From positions 9,920,001 to 9,984,000 of the forward strand of contig JAYWIR010000001.1 in NCBI GenBank assembly GCA_036172245.1: 64,000 nt of DNA. Reading direction: 5' to 3'. Origin of the DNA: Raillietiella orientalis (lineage: Eukaryota). Each line of letters opens with the position of its first letter. Position 1 is the stretch's first letter. The translations under genes were made by a program, and so were the position numbers. Below are positions 62,401-64,000 of the stretch, in pieces. Below the pieces are notes generated by a model. The model was not told the origin of the DNA. It saw only the letters and a list, made by a program, of their open reading frames with translations, and did no database searches.

Positions 62401-64000
62401 CTCGCATCCTACGGCGCTGGAGGATTTCACCGCGAGGCGCGTCGCGGTCTCGGAGGACCCAAGTATTCTCGCGAAGGCAAAGGCACTTTCCTTTCAGGAC
62501 TCTCTCGTGCTTTCCGTCCCGCGCCCGCAAACGCGGCCGCTCTGGACCGCCTGGTCGATCTTTGGGGAGCTCGGCTCGGATAGCAGCGTCCCGGTGAATC
62601 CTCCCGCAGACGGTGCTGCTTCCTAGCGACCGAGCTGCGTGCGAGGCCGCAGTGACGGAATGGCCCTCTCACGAGATTCCGGCGCCTCCCGTTCTCGCGA
62701 GAGATCCGTCGGATCTGCTCCGCGTCGGAGGTTCGAACTCCCGCGGAGACGGGACCCTAGTGGGGGATGGGAAACCGCGGCCCCCCTCGGAGGTAGAAAG
62801 CGCATGCAAAAACGAAAACGATCTCTTCCTTGTTCCGCTCCCTCCCTTTCTTTCCCTCACAGCTCCTTCCGTGGCTCTCAGTGCGGAGCCCACCTTGCCA
62901 GGGCATCCTCCCTTTCCCCTCTTCCCCTCCTGGAACCCTTGCGCGCGCCTTGGTCTGAACTCATGAGATCCGCGTGTGCGCGCACCTCCTTCGCACGCAC
63001 TCACCGACGGCGGGTTCGTGAAACACGCGCGCCCCTCCGCACGCTTGTGGACTCCACATGCCGCGCTGTGTCGTGCGTTGGGGAGGGTGGGTGCGTGCGC
63101 AGCGGCGCCTTTACGCACCACTGGCCTCCTGCTCGTAGGTACGCTCTTCCCCAGATGGGCAGCTCGGCCCTGATGCTGCTGCTGCTGCTTGCGGTGCAAC
63201 ATCCGAAGAGTAGGAAGAGGACTGCACTGCTCACTAGCTGGATGATGTCCTGCTGGAGGGATGGCGTCCCGGATGCGTGTGTGCCGATCGCTCGCGCACG
63301 CAACCGCTACTGGGGGGGGGGGAGGGGGTGAGGGAAGAACGACGTGCCCTCTTTGTTTTCCTTTGCTTTGGGTGTCCCGTCCATGTGCCCTCCTTCGGCA
63401 GCGGTTTCCGTTTCCCGCCGTCCCCGGTTCCTCAAAGGGAAGATGGCAAGGAGTTCGATCCTTTGATGGCGCAGGAGGTAGTCCGCCTTCACACTCTTTC
63501 CCTCTCTCTGTCCCTCTGACGAAGAGAAGAACTCGGGAAACGGGCGCCTGCGGAATTTCCGCTTGGGATTGCAGCGACTCACCGACCTGTGCCTGTGCTT
63601 CGAAAACCTCTTTCGAGCTAGTTTGCGCCTCGGTGGCGCTCTGGCTCTGGACATCGACCGCAACTCGTCTTTTGCTTCCGCGGCCACGGGTCCCTCGTCC
63701 CCACCCCCCTTTTGGGGGGGAAGGGGAATGAGAGGTGGGGCCTACGGATGCGATTTCATCCGCTCTCTCCTCCGCCTTCGGTCTTTCAGGATCTGACGAG
63801 GGATTTTTCCTTCGCCGGCTCGATTCCCCGCTTCGGATCCTCGAGAACTCCTAGCGCACGCGACACCCTGGGGGTCGTGACGACTCTGGAATCCTGAAGG
63901 ATTCTACGAAGGAAATAAGGAAGCCGAGTGTCGCGGTGGCGACGCGAAGCCAGCGAGACGCCCGCATGCTCCTCCTCTTCCTCCGTCTCCAGACGCCCCC

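Noticed and set aside
63150-63210. MGSSALMLLLLLAVQ signal-like stretch
   Set aside because: The hydrophobicity comes from a short (CTG)n repeat, and there is no supporting downstream exon.

Overview
Eukaryotic, intron-containing animal genomic DNA, most likely an arthropod: the collagen NC1 domain is of the Drosophila Cg25C type. Most introns are very short (about 37-90 nt). I assembled six protein-coding genes by hand from splice signals and frame continuity. On the - strand: a secreted-protein gene truncated at base 1 (1-646); a BC-box/LRR-like ORF (2153-3181); CDC23/APC8 (10 exons, 3263-5667), whose stop lies only 81 bp upstream of that ORF; and a type IV collagen alpha chain (36332-56099). 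On the + strand: an ACSL3/4-type acyl-CoA synthetase (11 exons, 17839-25308) and a 6-exon, 243-aa gene resembling kinetochore DSN1 (28944-29944), bracketed by a ~136-bp inverted repeat. A signal-peptide exon at 59343 (+) is probably the head-to-head partner collagen IV gene. Housekeeping gene bodies look AT-rich and CpG-poor, while the intervening DNA is GC/CpG-rich with many homopolymer runs; most ORF-track entries there look spurious. No CRISPR array, rRNA or intact tRNA was seen. The most interesting signals are the CDC23/LRR tight tandem (possible operon, dicistron or splice fusion) and the IR-flanked DSN1-like gene. No database searches were run; family calls rest on recognised motifs.
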